Shown: one piece after another, positions 25,931 through 36,564 of the stretch
How positions within the stretch are numbered: position 1 is the stretch's first letter
Layout of the letters: every line of letters begins with the position of its first letter
NCBI GenBank assembly: GCA_047625765.1
Contig: JBLHRE010000002.1
Span: 1-39,841, forward strand
Length of the DNA stretch: 39,841 nt
Reading direction: 5' to 3'
Source of the DNA: Flavobacteriales bacterium
GTDB taxonomy: Bacteria; Bacteroidota; Bacteroidia; Flavobacteriales; JBLHRE01
Translations under genes and position numbers: made by a program
Notes under the pieces: generated by a model
The model's input: only the letters and a program-made list of their open reading frames with translations
What the model was told of the DNA's origin: nothing
Databases searched by the model: none

Positions 25931-26908
25931 TTAAATAAGCTCTAAAGAGTTGAATATTGCTTCTAATTCCAGAATCAAATTCCGCTTCCTAAACCCAGGC
26001 CCAAAAACATAGCCATCGAGAGTAATGATTTTTGAACCATCTCGTGACAATACACGGTATTGGATAAATGGCCCACCCATAAAATCATTTTTCATTTTCC
26101 ACAGACCTCTTGCGCGAATAGCGTGCGTGTCGAATTCTGATATACGTTCTATTTCAATTGGCGCAAGTGTCTCGGTACTCATATAAGCACCAGAACGTTG
26201 GCCAGGTAAATTAGGTTTGGCAACTTGGTTTCTATCGGCAACCAATCCATCCAGGTTAAATTGGTTTTCTGAAACGTATGGTGTAACAGAAATCAGGATT
26301 CCTAAAGTTGCTTTTGGCATTTCTTTTTTAAGGTGATACACATTTTCTGAAGCGGTACCTGCCTCGTAGTAATCTTTAGGGATAGATAATTTAATGCCTT
26401 GTTCGGTTTTTAGTTTGTTTTCAAAACCTTCTAAAGCAATCATTTTATATCGTGTCTGCTCGCGTATAATCTCTTCGCGCATAAACATTGCTGCAATTTG
26501 ATTTCCTTTGGAACTTATTTGAGCTCTTAATCCGTTTATGGAAGAGGCTTCAAGCTTTAGAAACAATTGTATATCGGAGAAAATTTCGGAAGATTTTTTT
26601 AATCCTTGATCATTACCAATTTGAACTGCAAGAACATTTCTATGCGTTTTAAGCATTCTTCCAAAAGCAGATTTTGGAATTGAAATTAAGCGAAATGCAG
26701 CTTCTTCGGTTGGTAGACCGGGCAAAGAATACCCAAGGTACTTTATTAAAGAGTCTTGTAAATCCGATTTCCACAAATCGGTTTCAATTAGAACAATTAG
26801 TTCTCCTGTTTTCCCTCCACTAGCAGGCAGAACATCAGAATCTTCTAGCCAAGAGCAAGAAGCAAAAACAAAAGAAATTAGTAAAGTTATTAGCGCTAAT
26901 CTTTTCAT
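25931..26908 (-). CDS. lipoprotein, DUF4837-like, function unknown
   Basis: Lipobox (FVFASC). 4-nt overlap with the upstream lytic transglycosylase gene. Family name recalled, not verified. Confidence 0.55.
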   Translation of the reverse strand: MKRLALITLLISFVFASCSWLEDSDVLPASGGKTGELIVLIETDLWKSDLQDSLIKYLGYSLPGLPTEEAAFRLISIPKSAFGRMLKTHRNVLAVQIGNDQGLKKSSEIFSDIQLFLKLEASSINGLRAQISSKGNQIAAMFMREEIIREQTRYKMIALEGFENKLKTEQGIKLSIPKDYYEAGTASENVYHLKKEMPKATLGILISVTPYVSENQFNLDGLVADRNQVAKPNLPGQRSGAYMSTETLAPIEIERISEFDTHAIRARGLWKMKNDFMGGPFIQYRVLSRDGSKIITLDGYVFGPGFRKRNLILELEAIFNSLELI

Positions 26909-28155
26909 AAAAAAGCGGGTTTCACGTATAATGTTAAGCGTTGACCTATCCTTAGATTATCAGACTTTAAGTTGTTCCATTTTCTTATTTCGCTAACGCG
27001 GCAGCCATATTTATCGGCAACCTTTCCAAGATAATCACCAGATGTTACTTTATATCTTAGCCTTTGGTCAACTTCTAAATAAGGCGGAGTTTCATAACTA
27101 TTGGCAGCCTCGTCTCTTTTAATCATTGCATAGATACTATCTTCCATAGCAATAAAAATACCGGCTTTTATTTCAGGTAAAATAATTCTGCTAGGCATCT
27201 CATTTACTACAGGAACAATGTTTCTTTTAAACGAAGGATTTAAAAAAGCAATGTCTTTTTCATCCATATCTAAAATACTAGCCAATTGCGAAAATCGAAC
27301 TTGCTGTAGGGTTTGAACAGTATCTAATCTTAAGCCATGAAATTGGGTCTTTGTGGCAAGAAACCCATCTTCTTCGGCATAAGTCATGACATAAGAGGCT
27401 GCCATAAAAATAGGAACATAATTTTGTGTTTCGGTGGGTAGAAATGGTCTTATTTGCCAATAATTTGTTTTGCCGCCAGACCTACTAATTGCTTTTCTTA
27501 CATTCCCTCTTCCTGCATTATAAGCAGCAAGAGAAAGGTTCCAATCATTATAAGTTTCGTAGAGATGTTTCAAGTGTAAACAGGCTGCCTCTGAAGCTTT
27601 GTAGGGATCAAATCTATCATCGGTATAAGAGCTAATTTCCAACCCATAAGCCTTACCTGTGCCATACATAAATTGCCAAAGGCCTCCAGCACCAACGTAA
27701 GATTTGGCTTGAGGGCTTAATGCCGATTCTATAATAGGCAAATACTTTAGCTCTAAGGGTAAATCATGTTTGTCTAAGGCTGCTTCAAAAATCGGGAAAT
27801 ACAATTCGGCCAATCCCATTAGCTTCTGCACCTGTTTGCCTCCTCTGTGAGTATAGGATTCTATGTAGTTTTTAATAGAACCATTAAACACAAACTCCAT
27901 TGGACTTGACATGTCCAAAGCTTTCATTCGATTAATATATACCTGATCTGAAACGTGACTAGGTTTGGGATAGGTTTCGTCTTGATCTACTGAGTAGATA
28001 TACTGAATGGGACTATTGGTAGAAAATACGCTGTCGAATCTGGCAAGAATGGGATCATCCAGTAAACGATATAAGGAATGGTATAGATCTTTTTGAGCAA
28101 AAGTATTTAGCCCCAAAAGAGCCGCAAAAATTAAAACTAACGGCTTTTTTGGCAT
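26905..28155 (-). CDS. lytic transglycosylase (SLT domain) with C-terminal LysM domain (MltD-like)
   Basis: IIESALSPQAKSYVGAGGLWQFM and AAYNAG are SLT motifs. YKVTSGDYLGKVADKYGCRVSEIRKWNNL...GQRLTLYV is a LysM domain. Confidence 0.85.
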   Translation of the reverse strand: MPKKPLVLIFAALLGLNTFAQKDLYHSLYRLLDDPILARFDSVFSTNSPIQYIYSVDQDETYPKPSHVSDQVYINRMKALDMSSPMEFVFNGSIKNYIESYTHRGGKQVQKLMGLAELYFPIFEAALDKHDLPLELKYLPIIESALSPQAKSYVGAGGLWQFMYGTGKAYGLEISSYTDDRFDPYKASEAACLHLKHLYETYNDWNLSLAAYNAGRGNVRKAISRSGGKTNYWQIRPFLPTETQNYVPIFMAASYVMTYAEEDGFLATKTQFHGLRLDTVQTLQQVRFSQLASILDMDEKDIAFLNPSFKRNIVPVVNEMPSRIILPEIKAGIFIAMEDSIYAMIKRDEAANSYETPPYLEVDQRLRYKVTSGDYLGKVADKYGCRVSEIRKWNNLKSDNLRIGQRLTLYVKPAFL

Positions 28156-28159
28156 GCTA

Positions 28160-29587
28160 TTAAATGTTTTGTTCTAGTTCTGATGCGAATGCAAAAAGTT
28201 TATCCTCTTCGAATTGATTAGCCATTAATTGTACTCCGTATGGCAATCCATTACTGTGTTTCGCCAAAGGAATAGAAATAGCAGGGTTTCCAGACAAATT
28301 GGCGTGAGCCGTAAAAATATCTTCTAGATAGATTTTTGTTAAATCTGCTCTATAGGCTGCATCATCAATATCAAAGGCTGTTCCTGGTGTAGTTGGAACT
28401 ATAATGAAATCGTAATCACTAAGGATCTCATTGGTTTTATCTTGAATTAAGCGCCTTACTTTTTGTCCTTTTGTAAAGTATGCATCATAATAACCAGCAC
28501 TTAACACAAAAGTTCCAAGCATAATTCTACGCTTTACCTCTTCTCCAAACCCTTCGGTTCTAGAGTTTTTATAAGTTGATTCTAAGCCAACTGCGTTTTC
28601 ACTTCTATACCCAAAATGAACACCATCGTATCGGGCTAAATTTGAGGACGCTTCGGCAGTGGTAAGTACATAGTAGGTAGGTACTAGAAAGTCTAGGTAA
28701 GGAAAATCAACAGCCTCTACTGTATGACCTTCTGCTTTTAACCTTTCAATTGTTTTAAGCACTTCTGCTTTTATTTCTGGATCTAAACCCTCGCGCTCGA
28801 AGTAATCGCTTAGGTAGGCAATACGCTTCTTTTCTCCATTGTCTTTGCTGGTATACGAAGTAACGGGTTTCGAAGAAGAAGTTCCATCCATTGGGTCTTT
28901 ACCGGCCATAATTTCGGTCAACAAGGCGGCATCGTAAACCGATTTACACATTGGTCCAATTTGGTCGAACGAAGAGCCGTAAGCAATCAAACCATAACGA
29001 GAAATACGTCCGTAAGTAGGTTTCACTCCAACAATACCACAAAATGATGCGGGCTGGCGAATAGAACCGCCAGTATCAGAACCTAAAGCGGCCTGACATA
29101 AATCTGCTGCTACTGCTGCCGCAGAACCACCAGAAGAACCTCCAGGCACTTTGTTTTCTCCATGGGGATTTAGAACAGGCCCGAAAGCTGAATTTTCGTT
29201 CGAACTTCCCATGGCAAACTCATCACAATTGGTGCGACCAATAATGATGATATCTTCTGCAAGTAGTTTTTGAATTGCTGTGGCAGAAAACAAGGATTCG
29301 AAGCCTTCCAAAATTTTTGAACTGGCAGAAACCTTGTGGTCTTTGATACAGATATTGTCTTTTACCGCTAACACCATTCCGGCTAATTTGCCGGCAGTGC
29401 CATTTGCAATTTTAGCATCAACAAGCTTGGATTGCTCCTTCGCTTCGTCTGCAAAAACTTCCAAAAATGCATTCAAATGCTTTTGCGATTCAATGCGATC
29501 TAGATAATACGAAACCAAGTTTTCACAACTTGTTTCCTTATTGGCTATTGCCTCTTGAATGGCTTGTAGTGAAGGGTAATTTTTCAT
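28160..29587 (-). CDS. gatA: Asp-tRNA(Asn)/Glu-tRNA(Gln) amidotransferase subunit A
   Basis: Amidase signature GGSSGGSAAAVAA and GSDTGGSIRQPASFCG. Confidence 0.95.
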   Translation of the reverse strand: MKNYPSLQAIQEAIANKETSCENLVSYYLDRIESQKHLNAFLEVFADEAKEQSKLVDAKIANGTAGKLAGMVLAVKDNICIKDHKVSASSKILEGFESLFSATAIQKLLAEDIIIIGRTNCDEFAMGSSNENSAFGPVLNPHGENKVPGGSSGGSAAAVAADLCQAALGSDTGGSIRQPASFCGIVGVKPTYGRISRYGLIAYGSSFDQIGPMCKSVYDAALLTEIMAGKDPMDGTSSSKPVTSYTSKDNGEKKRIAYLSDYFEREGLDPEIKAEVLKTIERLKAEGHTVEAVDFPYLDFLVPTYYVLTTAEASSNLARYDGVHFGYRSENAVGLESTYKNSRTEGFGEEVKRRIMLGTFVLSAGYYDAYFTKGQKVRRLIQDKTNEILSDYDFIIVPTTPGTAFDIDDAAYRADLTKIYLEDIFTAHANLSGNPAISIPLAKHSNGLPYGVQLMANQFEEDKLFAFASELEQNI

Positions 29588-29590
29588 GTG

Positions 29591-29788
29591 CTATTTAGAC
29601 TCAGACTTATCTTCTACTTTGTCGTTACCTGCGTTTTTAGAAGCATCCTTAAACTCCTTGATACCGCCACCTAAGCCGCGCATCAATTCAGGAATTTTCT
29701 TTCCTCCAAACAATAACAATACAGCCACAATGATTAATACCCATTCGTAACCTCCCATAAATCCGGCTAATTCAATATTTGCTAACAT
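29591..29788 (-). CDS. tatA: twin-arginine translocase TatA/E family subunit
   Basis: [32 protein letters not shown]. The start could also be the internal Met (MGGYEW). Confidence 0.85.
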   Translation of the reverse strand: MLANIELAGFMGGYEWVLIIVAVLLLFGGKKIPELMRGLGGGIKEFKDASKNAGNDKVEDKSESK

Positions 29789-29862
29789 ATCTTCATATTT
29801 AGGCTACAAAGGTAGTAATTAGGCACGAGTTTAAATAAACTCAACCCATTAGTCTTTAAACC

Positions 29863-29903
29863 AAAAAAGCAGCTTAATTTTAAAGGAATCAAGCTGCTTT
29901 TTA
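29863..29903 (-). terminator. rho-independent terminator after the EnvC-like gene
   Basis: 9-bp stem aagcagctt/aagctgctt (29867-29875 / 29891-29899), flanked by A6 and T runs. Confidence 0.7.
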
Positions 29904-29918
29904 GAGGATTAATTTGAC

Positions 29919-31121
29919 TTACTTATAGAGCCAAGAACTTGGATTTTGTCGGTTCGAAAATTTCCAAAGTTGAAAATTTAGTACCGCTGCTCCAGATTCT
30001 ACATTGGTGTGTATTTTCCCTAGCAATTGTTTGGTATCTACTTTCTCACCTTGAGTAACATAGATCTCATCGAGATTGGAGTATACCGTATAATATTCTC
30101 CGTGATTGATCATAATTGCCTTATGATTGCCTGGTATGACCAATACATTCTGAATGGTGCCTTTATATACTGCTCTAGCAGCTGTACCTGTTTCTGTACT
30201 AATTAATACACCTTTGTTTTCAATAACAATTCCTTTAAGAACAGGATGTGGTTGTATCCCAAATTTACCCGTGATTATTCCACGCTCTACGGGCCAAGGG
30301 AGATTGCCTTTGTTGGAGGCAAAACTATTTGATAATGCTTTGGCTTCGGGAGTAAGCGTAAAAGACTCTTTACTTCCACTGCTTTCTCTCGCCTTCTTTA
30401 ATTCTGCTTCGATGATGGTTTCAATCGCTTTTTGCAATTGTCGGGTCGCTTTCTCTTTTTTACGTAAGTTCTTTTTTAATTCTGATTCTTTGGACTCTAA
30501 ATTTTGAACCAATTGGCGTTGGTCATTTTGTTCAGAAGCGAGGCCTTGGTTTTCTTTTCTTTTAGCTCCTAGCAGAGCTTCTTTTTCAAGCTTCTCCTCT
30601 TCTAAGCGCACAATAAGTCCGATTATCTTCTCTTGCTTGGTAATTATATCTTCGGCCTGTTCTCTTCTATAACCCCCATACTCTTGCATGTATCTAAACC
30701 TTCGGTATGCCTGATTGAAGTCTCTAGATGAAAACAAAAACATGATACGACTATAAGTGCTTTTGCTTTTATATGCCTGTAAAATGAGGTTGGCATAATT
30801 TTCTTTTAAAACGGTCAATTCCTTTTCCCGTTTAGCAATGGTGGCATTATTCTCAGCAATGGAATTGTCTATGAATTTAATCTCCTTATTGATTGTATTT
30901 ATGAGGTTTTTACGAGCACCTATTTTTTGATTTAAAGCCTCTAATTCCTGTAAACTATTCTTTTTTTGCGAACGTGTCTGACTCAGCAACTTGTTGGTTT
31001 GCTGAATTTCTGCTTGTAAAGACTTACGTTCTTTTTGCAGCTCTTTTTTTGTTTGTCCAAACAACGTATTAGACAATAGGAAAAGGGCAACTGCAAAGAG
31101 TAGTTTAATTCCTAATTTCAT
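29919..31121 (-). CDS. EnvC-like murein hydrolase activator (coiled coil plus degenerate LytM/M23 domain)
   Basis: Signal peptide, about 250 aa of Q/K/E-rich coiled coil and a C-terminal M23-like fold. The HxH motif is replaced (VLNFQLW where HLHFE is expected). Confidence 0.75.
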   Translation of the reverse strand: MKLGIKLLFAVALFLLSNTLFGQTKKELQKERKSLQAEIQQTNKLLSQTRSQKKNSLQELEALNQKIGARKNLINTINKEIKFIDNSIAENNATIAKREKELTVLKENYANLILQAYKSKSTYSRIMFLFSSRDFNQAYRRFRYMQEYGGYRREQAEDIITKQEKIIGLIVRLEEEKLEKEALLGAKRKENQGLASEQNDQRQLVQNLESKESELKKNLRKKEKATRQLQKAIETIIEAELKKARESSGSKESFTLTPEAKALSNSFASNKGNLPWPVERGIITGKFGIQPHPVLKGIVIENKGVLISTETGTAARAVYKGTIQNVLVIPGNHKAIMINHGEYYTVYSNLDEIYVTQGEKVDTKQLLGKIHTNVESGAAVLNFQLWKFSNRQNPSSWLYK

Positions 31122-31914
31122 AGTTGTCTGGAACTGAAAATTTAATTCTTAAGGGATCGTTAAGCTTTGGCTTACTCCATTTTATGTCAATAGTCTGAGC
31201 CAATTTACCTTTAATAAAGGTTTTGATATTTGTTCGTTTGATAAAGGTTTTTCCATGCCCCATGTTATCTCGTTCTAAATAAGAAACCTTTATAGACCTG
31301 TTTTGTAGTATATCATTCAGCTCCTGACTCATCAACCAATTGTGTTGCCCAATTTCAAGTGACCTTAACACTACGATAGGAGTTTCTTTTTGCCTTTCAA
31401 TTCGTTTCAGCGATTTCTCTGAGTAGTTACTTAAAAAACCGGCTTTTTCAATTTCGTAAACAAAGCCATTATTGGCGTCTAAACTTATTGGGCTTCCAAT
31501 AATTAAAGCCTCAAAATCGGCATAACTAACCTCTGCCTGTATCAGGCTCTGGATGTCTGCAAAACGCTTTACAAATACCGTTTTGTCTATCCTATTTAGC
31601 AACATAATAGTATCCTTGGTGATTATCAATCGTACCAATTCTATCCCGAGTCCAGGCGAAATAGAGGCCCAGATTACGGAGTCTCGCATCATTCTGAAAT
31701 TCACCCTTAAGCTTAATTTCTCCTTTGGGGTTTCGTAGGTAACACTTGCTCTCCCGCTATAAGTCTCGAAATTTTCTTGGTTGTTGGCTTGTAATGAATC
31801 ATAAAAAGCTACTGGACTTTCGGGGTAGTCTGTAACAGGGCCATTCAATCGCAATCCTCTACAGGCTGTTAAGGAAATGATAATAACTATGAAAATGTAG
31901 TGGTATTTAGTCAT
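31105..31914 (-). CDS. DUF4292-like lipoprotein
   Basis: Start moved to the ATG at 31914 (MTKYHYIFIVIIISLTAC lipobox). 8-nt overlap with the TPR gene and 17-nt overlap with the EnvC-like gene. Confidence 0.6.
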   Translation of the reverse strand: MTKYHYIFIVIIISLTACRGLRLNGPVTDYPESPVAFYDSLQANNQENFETYSGRASVTYETPKEKLSLRVNFRMMRDSVIWASISPGLGIELVRLIITKDTIMLLNRIDKTVFVKRFADIQSLIQAEVSYADFEALIIGSPISLDANNGFVYEIEKAGFLSNYSEKSLKRIERQKETPIVVLRSLEIGQHNWLMSQELNDILQNRSIKVSYLERDNMGHGKTFIKRTNIKTFIKGKLAQTIDIKWSKPKLNDPLRIKFSVPDNYEIRN

Positions 31915-33646
31915 CCAATTTTCCTGTTTCAACTTTTCTGTTAATAGCGTCACTAGTACCACCTAAAAGTTTGGCCTCTTTCCAAAGGCTTATAGCCTCT
32001 TCTGTTAATCCCATTTTATAAAGTATATCACCCTTATGCTCAAGAATTTCTCCTGAAGGATTTTTTTCGGTTGCTTTTACCGCTTTGTTAATCCAAACAA
32101 GGGCGACATCAAATTTACCTTGCTTAAAAAGTACCCAAGCATATGTGTCTAGGTAAGCGGCACTGTTTGGCTCCAGCTCAAGGCTTTTAAGGGACATTTG
32201 AGCCGCTTTTTCTAATTGCACAGAACGTATTGCCAAGCTGTAGCTGTACGAGTTTAAAACGCCAGAATAACTTGGATTTATTTTTAATGCTTTGTCATAA
32301 GCTTTATAGGCTTTATCAAACTCTTGAGCCTCAAGAAGAGAGAGGCCTAAAAAGAAATTCATTTCGGCTTTAATACTAGGGTCCGAAGTAAAGTATTGTC
32401 CTCTGTCGAGAATTTCAACGGCCTTTTGAAATTGTCCTAATCTAAACTTAGCGAAGCCGCCAAAGTAATAAGCCAATCCTTGCTCTGGAAAAAGGGCTAA
32501 AGCTTGTTCTGCGTCAGCATCTAAAATAGACATACGCCCCTCAATAGCACTTATTTCTAGTCGAATAGCCCAATTTTGCCAGGACCCAGGGTTAAGCTCT
32601 GTAGATTTTTTAAAGGCATTGTAGGCCTTAGTATTCATTTTTGTGCGGTAATAGAATTTCCCGTAAATCGCATAAAATCGAGAACTGTTGGGATGCATTT
32701 CTTCCATAATTGAGCAAAGCTCAAATGCTTTCGATTGCATTTCGAGGTTGCTAGCTGATAAGTCGTAAAAAGAAAGTAGAATTTCAATCTTCTTAGCTAA
32801 TTCAACATCTGGCGCATAAAATGCTTGTTTCAAATAAATAAAAGAGAAATCATACTCGCCCATTTCTTGTAAAAACAAGGCTTTGCTGAAAAGTGCCATT
32901 CCATTGTCAGGGGCAATTTCTAAGAGTTGGTCGATATAAGTTAAGGCTGTTTCTGGATCATTATTAATCATATATAATTCGGCCATCATACCATAATACC
33001 TGGGTTCTGTTGGTCTATAATCAATCAATCTTTGAATTTCTTCTATTGCCGCCTTTTGATAGTTCATCTGCAAATACAGCTTTTGCTTTTGAAAAGAAAG
33101 CTCTTCATTAATGCCAATAAACGACTCTATATTGTTGTAAGTAGCAATAGCTTTTTTCCAGTCTTTTGATTGAATATATGTATTTGCCAAACTGTAATGC
33201 CATTCTGGGTTTTGAGGTTGAATTTTTAAAAGTTCATTGTATATATCTGCCGCATCATTATAGGCTCCATTCAGAGTGTAAATCTCAGCAGCCTTTAATA
33301 GATACCATTTATTGTTAGGGGCTATTTTTAAGGCCGCTTCAGCAAAAAACAGAGCGCTTTCCATCTCTTTTTTTGCCAGAAATAACAAAGAAAGCTCATG
33401 CATAACGGCATCATTAGAGCGATCTATACTTAGGCACTCTTGAAAAATTTTGATGGCCTTTTCTGGGTTTTCTAATGACTTCTGCTTTATAGCATCATAA
33501 AACATAAAGTCGAATTCCATACGCTGACGTTCTGTTAAAACAAAGGAACTGCTACCAGCCTTTTCCTGAGCTTTATTGAAGGTTTTACATGCGCCAAAAC
33601 TTAGGCCAATAATCAGTGTTGCTATATATGATGTGATTCTATTCAT
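31907..33646 (-). CDS. tetratricopeptide repeat protein
   Basis: Signal/lipobox (FGAC) followed by more than 10 TPR-like 34-aa units with recurrent W/Y..A..Y...G.Y..A patterns. Confidence 0.8.
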   Translation of the reverse strand: MNRITSYIATLIIGLSFGACKTFNKAQEKAGSSSFVLTERQRMEFDFMFYDAIKQKSLENPEKAIKIFQECLSIDRSNDAVMHELSLLFLAKKEMESALFFAEAALKIAPNNKWYLLKAAEIYTLNGAYNDAADIYNELLKIQPQNPEWHYSLANTYIQSKDWKKAIATYNNIESFIGINEELSFQKQKLYLQMNYQKAAIEEIQRLIDYRPTEPRYYGMMAELYMINNDPETALTYIDQLLEIAPDNGMALFSKALFLQEMGEYDFSFIYLKQAFYAPDVELAKKIEILLSFYDLSASNLEMQSKAFELCSIMEEMHPNSSRFYAIYGKFYYRTKMNTKAYNAFKKSTELNPGSWQNWAIRLEISAIEGRMSILDADAEQALALFPEQGLAYYFGGFAKFRLGQFQKAVEILDRGQYFTSDPSIKAEMNFFLGLSLLEAQEFDKAYKAYDKALKINPSYSGVLNSYSYSLAIRSVQLEKAAQMSLKSLELEPNSAAYLDTYAWVLFKQGKFDVALVWINKAVKATEKNPSGEILEHKGDILYKMGLTEEAISLWKEAKLLGGTSDAINRKVETGKLDD

Positions 33647-34650
33647 TACTCTAAAGTGCTATAATCGCCTATCGAAATGGAAGTACTTCCTCCATTATAA
33701 ATAACATGATTTCCCAGCATTGAATTGTCAAGATTGGCATTATTTATTTTGCTGTTTTCTTGAACAAGACTGTTGCTAATGGTACTGTTTTCAACTGTGG
33801 TGTTGTTTCCTAAACTAACATGCGGGCCCACTGTTGTGTTTTTAAGCACAACGTTTTCTCCTATAAAGCAAGGAGGTACTATTGTTGAATTTTCTAAGAC
33901 AACAGAATCTGCCACTAAATTTTCGACATTTTGAATGTTTTCTAAAACTTGCTTATTGGTAGCAACGGTAACATTTTTGTTACCGCAATCCATCCATTGG
34001 TCTACTTTACCTGGTGCAAATTTTATGCCTTTGCGTTTCATGTTTTCAAGGGCATCAGTAATCTGATACTCTCCTTTATCCATGATTTTATTGTCGAGCA
34101 AATATTGCAGTTCATTGCGCAAATTAGCTCCATCTTTAAAGTAATAGATGCCAATAATAGCTAGATCCGAAACAAATTCTGTTGGCTTCTCTACAAAGTC
34201 TGTAATATGACCAGTATCATCTAATTTAATTACGCCAAAGGCGCTAGGGTCTTCGATCTGTTTTACCCAAATAATACCGTCTTTGCTGTTGTCTAAAGTA
34301 AAATCTGCTTTAAATAACGTGTCGGCAAAAGCAACAACAACATTACCCTCCATAGATTCTTTCGCGCATAAAATAGCATGTGCTGTTCCTAAGGGTTGGT
34401 CTTGATGATAGATCGTTCCTTTGGCTCCCAGACTTTCGGCAATTGCGATGAGGTCTTTTTCTACAGCATCTCCAAAGTCACCAATAATAAAAGCAATTTC
34501 TTCTACTTTTTGCCCGCAAACGCGCGTAATATCCTCTACCAAGCGCTGCACAATAGGTTTTCCTGCAATAGGAATAAGTGGTTTTGGTACGGTTAAAGTA
34601 TGTGGTCTTAAGCGGCTTCCTCTGCCAGCCATTGGTACAATAATTCTCAT
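33646..34650 (-). CDS. sugar-phosphate nucleotidyltransferase with C-terminal left-handed beta-helix
   Basis: MRIIVPMAGRGSRLRP...PKPLIPIAGKP is an NTP_transferase motif. Hexapeptide-like repeats occur in the last ~90 aa. Confidence 0.8.
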   Translation of the reverse strand: MRIIVPMAGRGSRLRPHTLTVPKPLIPIAGKPIVQRLVEDITRVCGQKVEEIAFIIGDFGDAVEKDLIAIAESLGAKGTIYHQDQPLGTAHAILCAKESMEGNVVVAFADTLFKADFTLDNSKDGIIWVKQIEDPSAFGVIKLDDTGHITDFVEKPTEFVSDLAIIGIYYFKDGANLRNELQYLLDNKIMDKGEYQITDALENMKRKGIKFAPGKVDQWMDCGNKNVTVATNKQVLENIQNVENLVADSVVLENSTIVPPCFIGENVVLKNTTVGPHVSLGNNTTVENSTISNSLVQENSKINNANLDNSMLGNHVIYNGGSTSISIGDYSTLE

Positions 34651-34661
34651 CCGATAGTATT

Positions 34662-35093
34662 TTATTTTCCAGTTGAACCAAATCCTCCGGCTCCTCTTTC
34701 TGTGTTCTCTAACTCTTTTACTTCAAGCCATTCGGCTCTTTCGTGCTTTGCAATTACCAATTGTGCAATACGTTCTCCTGGTGTTATGTTTACTTCCTCG
34801 TTAGACAAGTTCACCAAGATAACTCCAATTTCGCCTCTATAGTCTGCATCTACCGTTCCTGGCGTGTTTAAAACAGTAATTCCTTGTTTCAAAGCAAAGC
34901 CACTTCTCGGCCTAACTTGTGCCTCGAAACCAATAGGTAATGCTATAAAAATTCCCGTTTTCACCAAGCTTCTTTGCAAAGGTTTTAAAAGGATGGGATC
35001 TTGGATATTTGCCAAAAGATCCATTCCTGCAGCTCCTTCTGTTTTGTATTCTGGCAAGGGATATGCCGACTTATTTATGACTTCAATTTTCAT
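34662..35093 (-). CDS. dut: dUTP diphosphatase
   Basis: [24 protein letters not shown] and GGFGSTG motifs. Confidence 0.95.
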   Translation of the reverse strand: MKIEVINKSAYPLPEYKTEGAAGMDLLANIQDPILLKPLQRSLVKTGIFIALPIGFEAQVRPRSGFALKQGITVLNTPGTVDADYRGEIGVILVNLSNEEVNITPGERIAQLVIAKHERAEWLEVKELENTERGAGGFGSTGK

Positions 35094-36555
35094 TTCTCAA
35101 AAGCTTAGAGAGGTTCTTTCTTTCGCTAAAATACACCCAGATGATGAATATAGCTAACAAGCCGGTATCCATTAACATTCCGGCTTCTATTTTAACACTT
35201 ATCGCGTACAAACAAAGGCCTATTAAAAAGCCTAAGCCTATGTTTTTTAAATCGTATTCAAACTGATAATTCTTTCTTCCAATAAGATAAGACAAGACGA
35301 CCATACTACTGTAAGCTGCTAATGTTGCCCAAGCAGAGCCTAGGTATCCTAGTGTAGGAATTAGCAAATAATTTAAACCCAAAGTTACCATGGCTCCAAT
35401 AATAGAAATATAAGCGCCATGATATGTTTTACCGCTGAGTTTATACCAAACAGAAAGGTTAAAGTAAATGCCCAACATCAGATTTGCCAGCAGTAATATG
35501 GGTACAACAACCAAACCTTCAAAATAAGCGGGATCTAAGAAATGTTTGATAATATCAATGTAAAAACAAACTCCTAGGAATATGAAAACACCTATCAAAA
35601 TGACATATTTCATAATCACAGCATAAGTCGCTTGTGCGTTTTCCTTTTTGGAATGCGAAAAGAAAAAGGGCTCTATTCCCAGTCGTATGGACTGTATAAA
35701 CAGGGTCATGATTATGGACAGCTTGTAACAAGCACTGTATATTCCTATTTGCTGTAAAGAGACCTCTTCTGAAAAAGGAAGCCAATGTCGCAGTAGAATT
35801 CTGTCAAGTGCTTCGTTTACAACATAAGCCAAACCTGCAATCATTAAAGGCCAAGCGTATTTCAGCATGCGTTTCCAGAGGTCTTTATCTATAGTCCATT
35901 TTACCTTGATATAAGTAGGAGCCAAGAGAAGTAGCGACCACAGTCCGGCAACCAATGTTGCAATAAAAATATACTCTATGCCTAAATCTGGATTGTAGCT
36001 TGCTTTTGCAAGACCAACTAAGGGCCAATCGTTTTTTATTGCCATTGGGCACCAAATCAAGAAGTAGAGATTTAGTCCAATATTTATGGCAATATTGCTG
36101 AGTTTCACAAAGGCAAAGTATTTTGCTTTGCCCAAATTTCTAAGCTTTGCAAAGGGGATGGTAGAAAGCGTATCGGCAACTAATATCCAAACCAAATAGT
36201 TTATCAAATCTGGATATTCTTCGTAGCTCATTAGCGCTAAAACATTGTCTTGAAATATAAAGTATCCAATTACGAGCAATGACACAACAACAATGTGCGA
36301 GAACATGGCTGTGGGCAGTATGTCCTTTTTTTCTTGAGATGAAAAACGGAAGTAGGTAACCTCCATTCCGTGCGTTAGTAGTGCCATAGAAATGGCGATA
36401 TAGGAAAATAATTCGCTAATGATTCCGTACTCTCCTGTTAAAAAGAGGCGCACATAAATAGGCACCAACAAATAGTTGAGCAGCCGTCCTACGATGCTGC
36501 TCAAACCATAAGTGGCCGTTTGGCCTATTAATTTTTTTACTGCGCTCAAAAGCAA
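35083..36555 (-). CDS. oligosaccharide/polysaccharide flippase family membrane protein (MOP superfamily)
   Basis: 490 aa with about 12-14 TM helices. The N-terminal [17 protein letters not shown] pattern is typical of Wzx-like proteins. Confidence 0.7.
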   Translation of the reverse strand: MLLSAVKKLIGQTATYGLSSIVGRLLNYLLVPIYVRLFLTGEYGIISELFSYIAISMALLTHGMEVTYFRFSSQEKKDILPTAMFSHIVVVSLLVIGYFIFQDNVLALMSYEEYPDLINYLVWILVADTLSTIPFAKLRNLGKAKYFAFVKLSNIAINIGLNLYFLIWCPMAIKNDWPLVGLAKASYNPDLGIEYIFIATLVAGLWSLLLLAPTYIKVKWTIDKDLWKRMLKYAWPLMIAGLAYVVNEALDRILLRHWLPFSEEVSLQQIGIYSACYKLSIIMTLFIQSIRLGIEPFFFSHSKKENAQATYAVIMKYVILIGVFIFLGVCFYIDIIKHFLDPAYFEGLVVVPILLLANLMLGIYFNLSVWYKLSGKTYHGAYISIIGAMVTLGLNYLLIPTLGYLGSAWATLAAYSSMVVLSYLIGRKNYQFEYDLKNIGLGFLIGLCLYAISVKIEAGMLMDTGLLAIFIIWVYFSERKNLSKLLRNEN

Positions 36556-36564
36556 ATATGTTGT

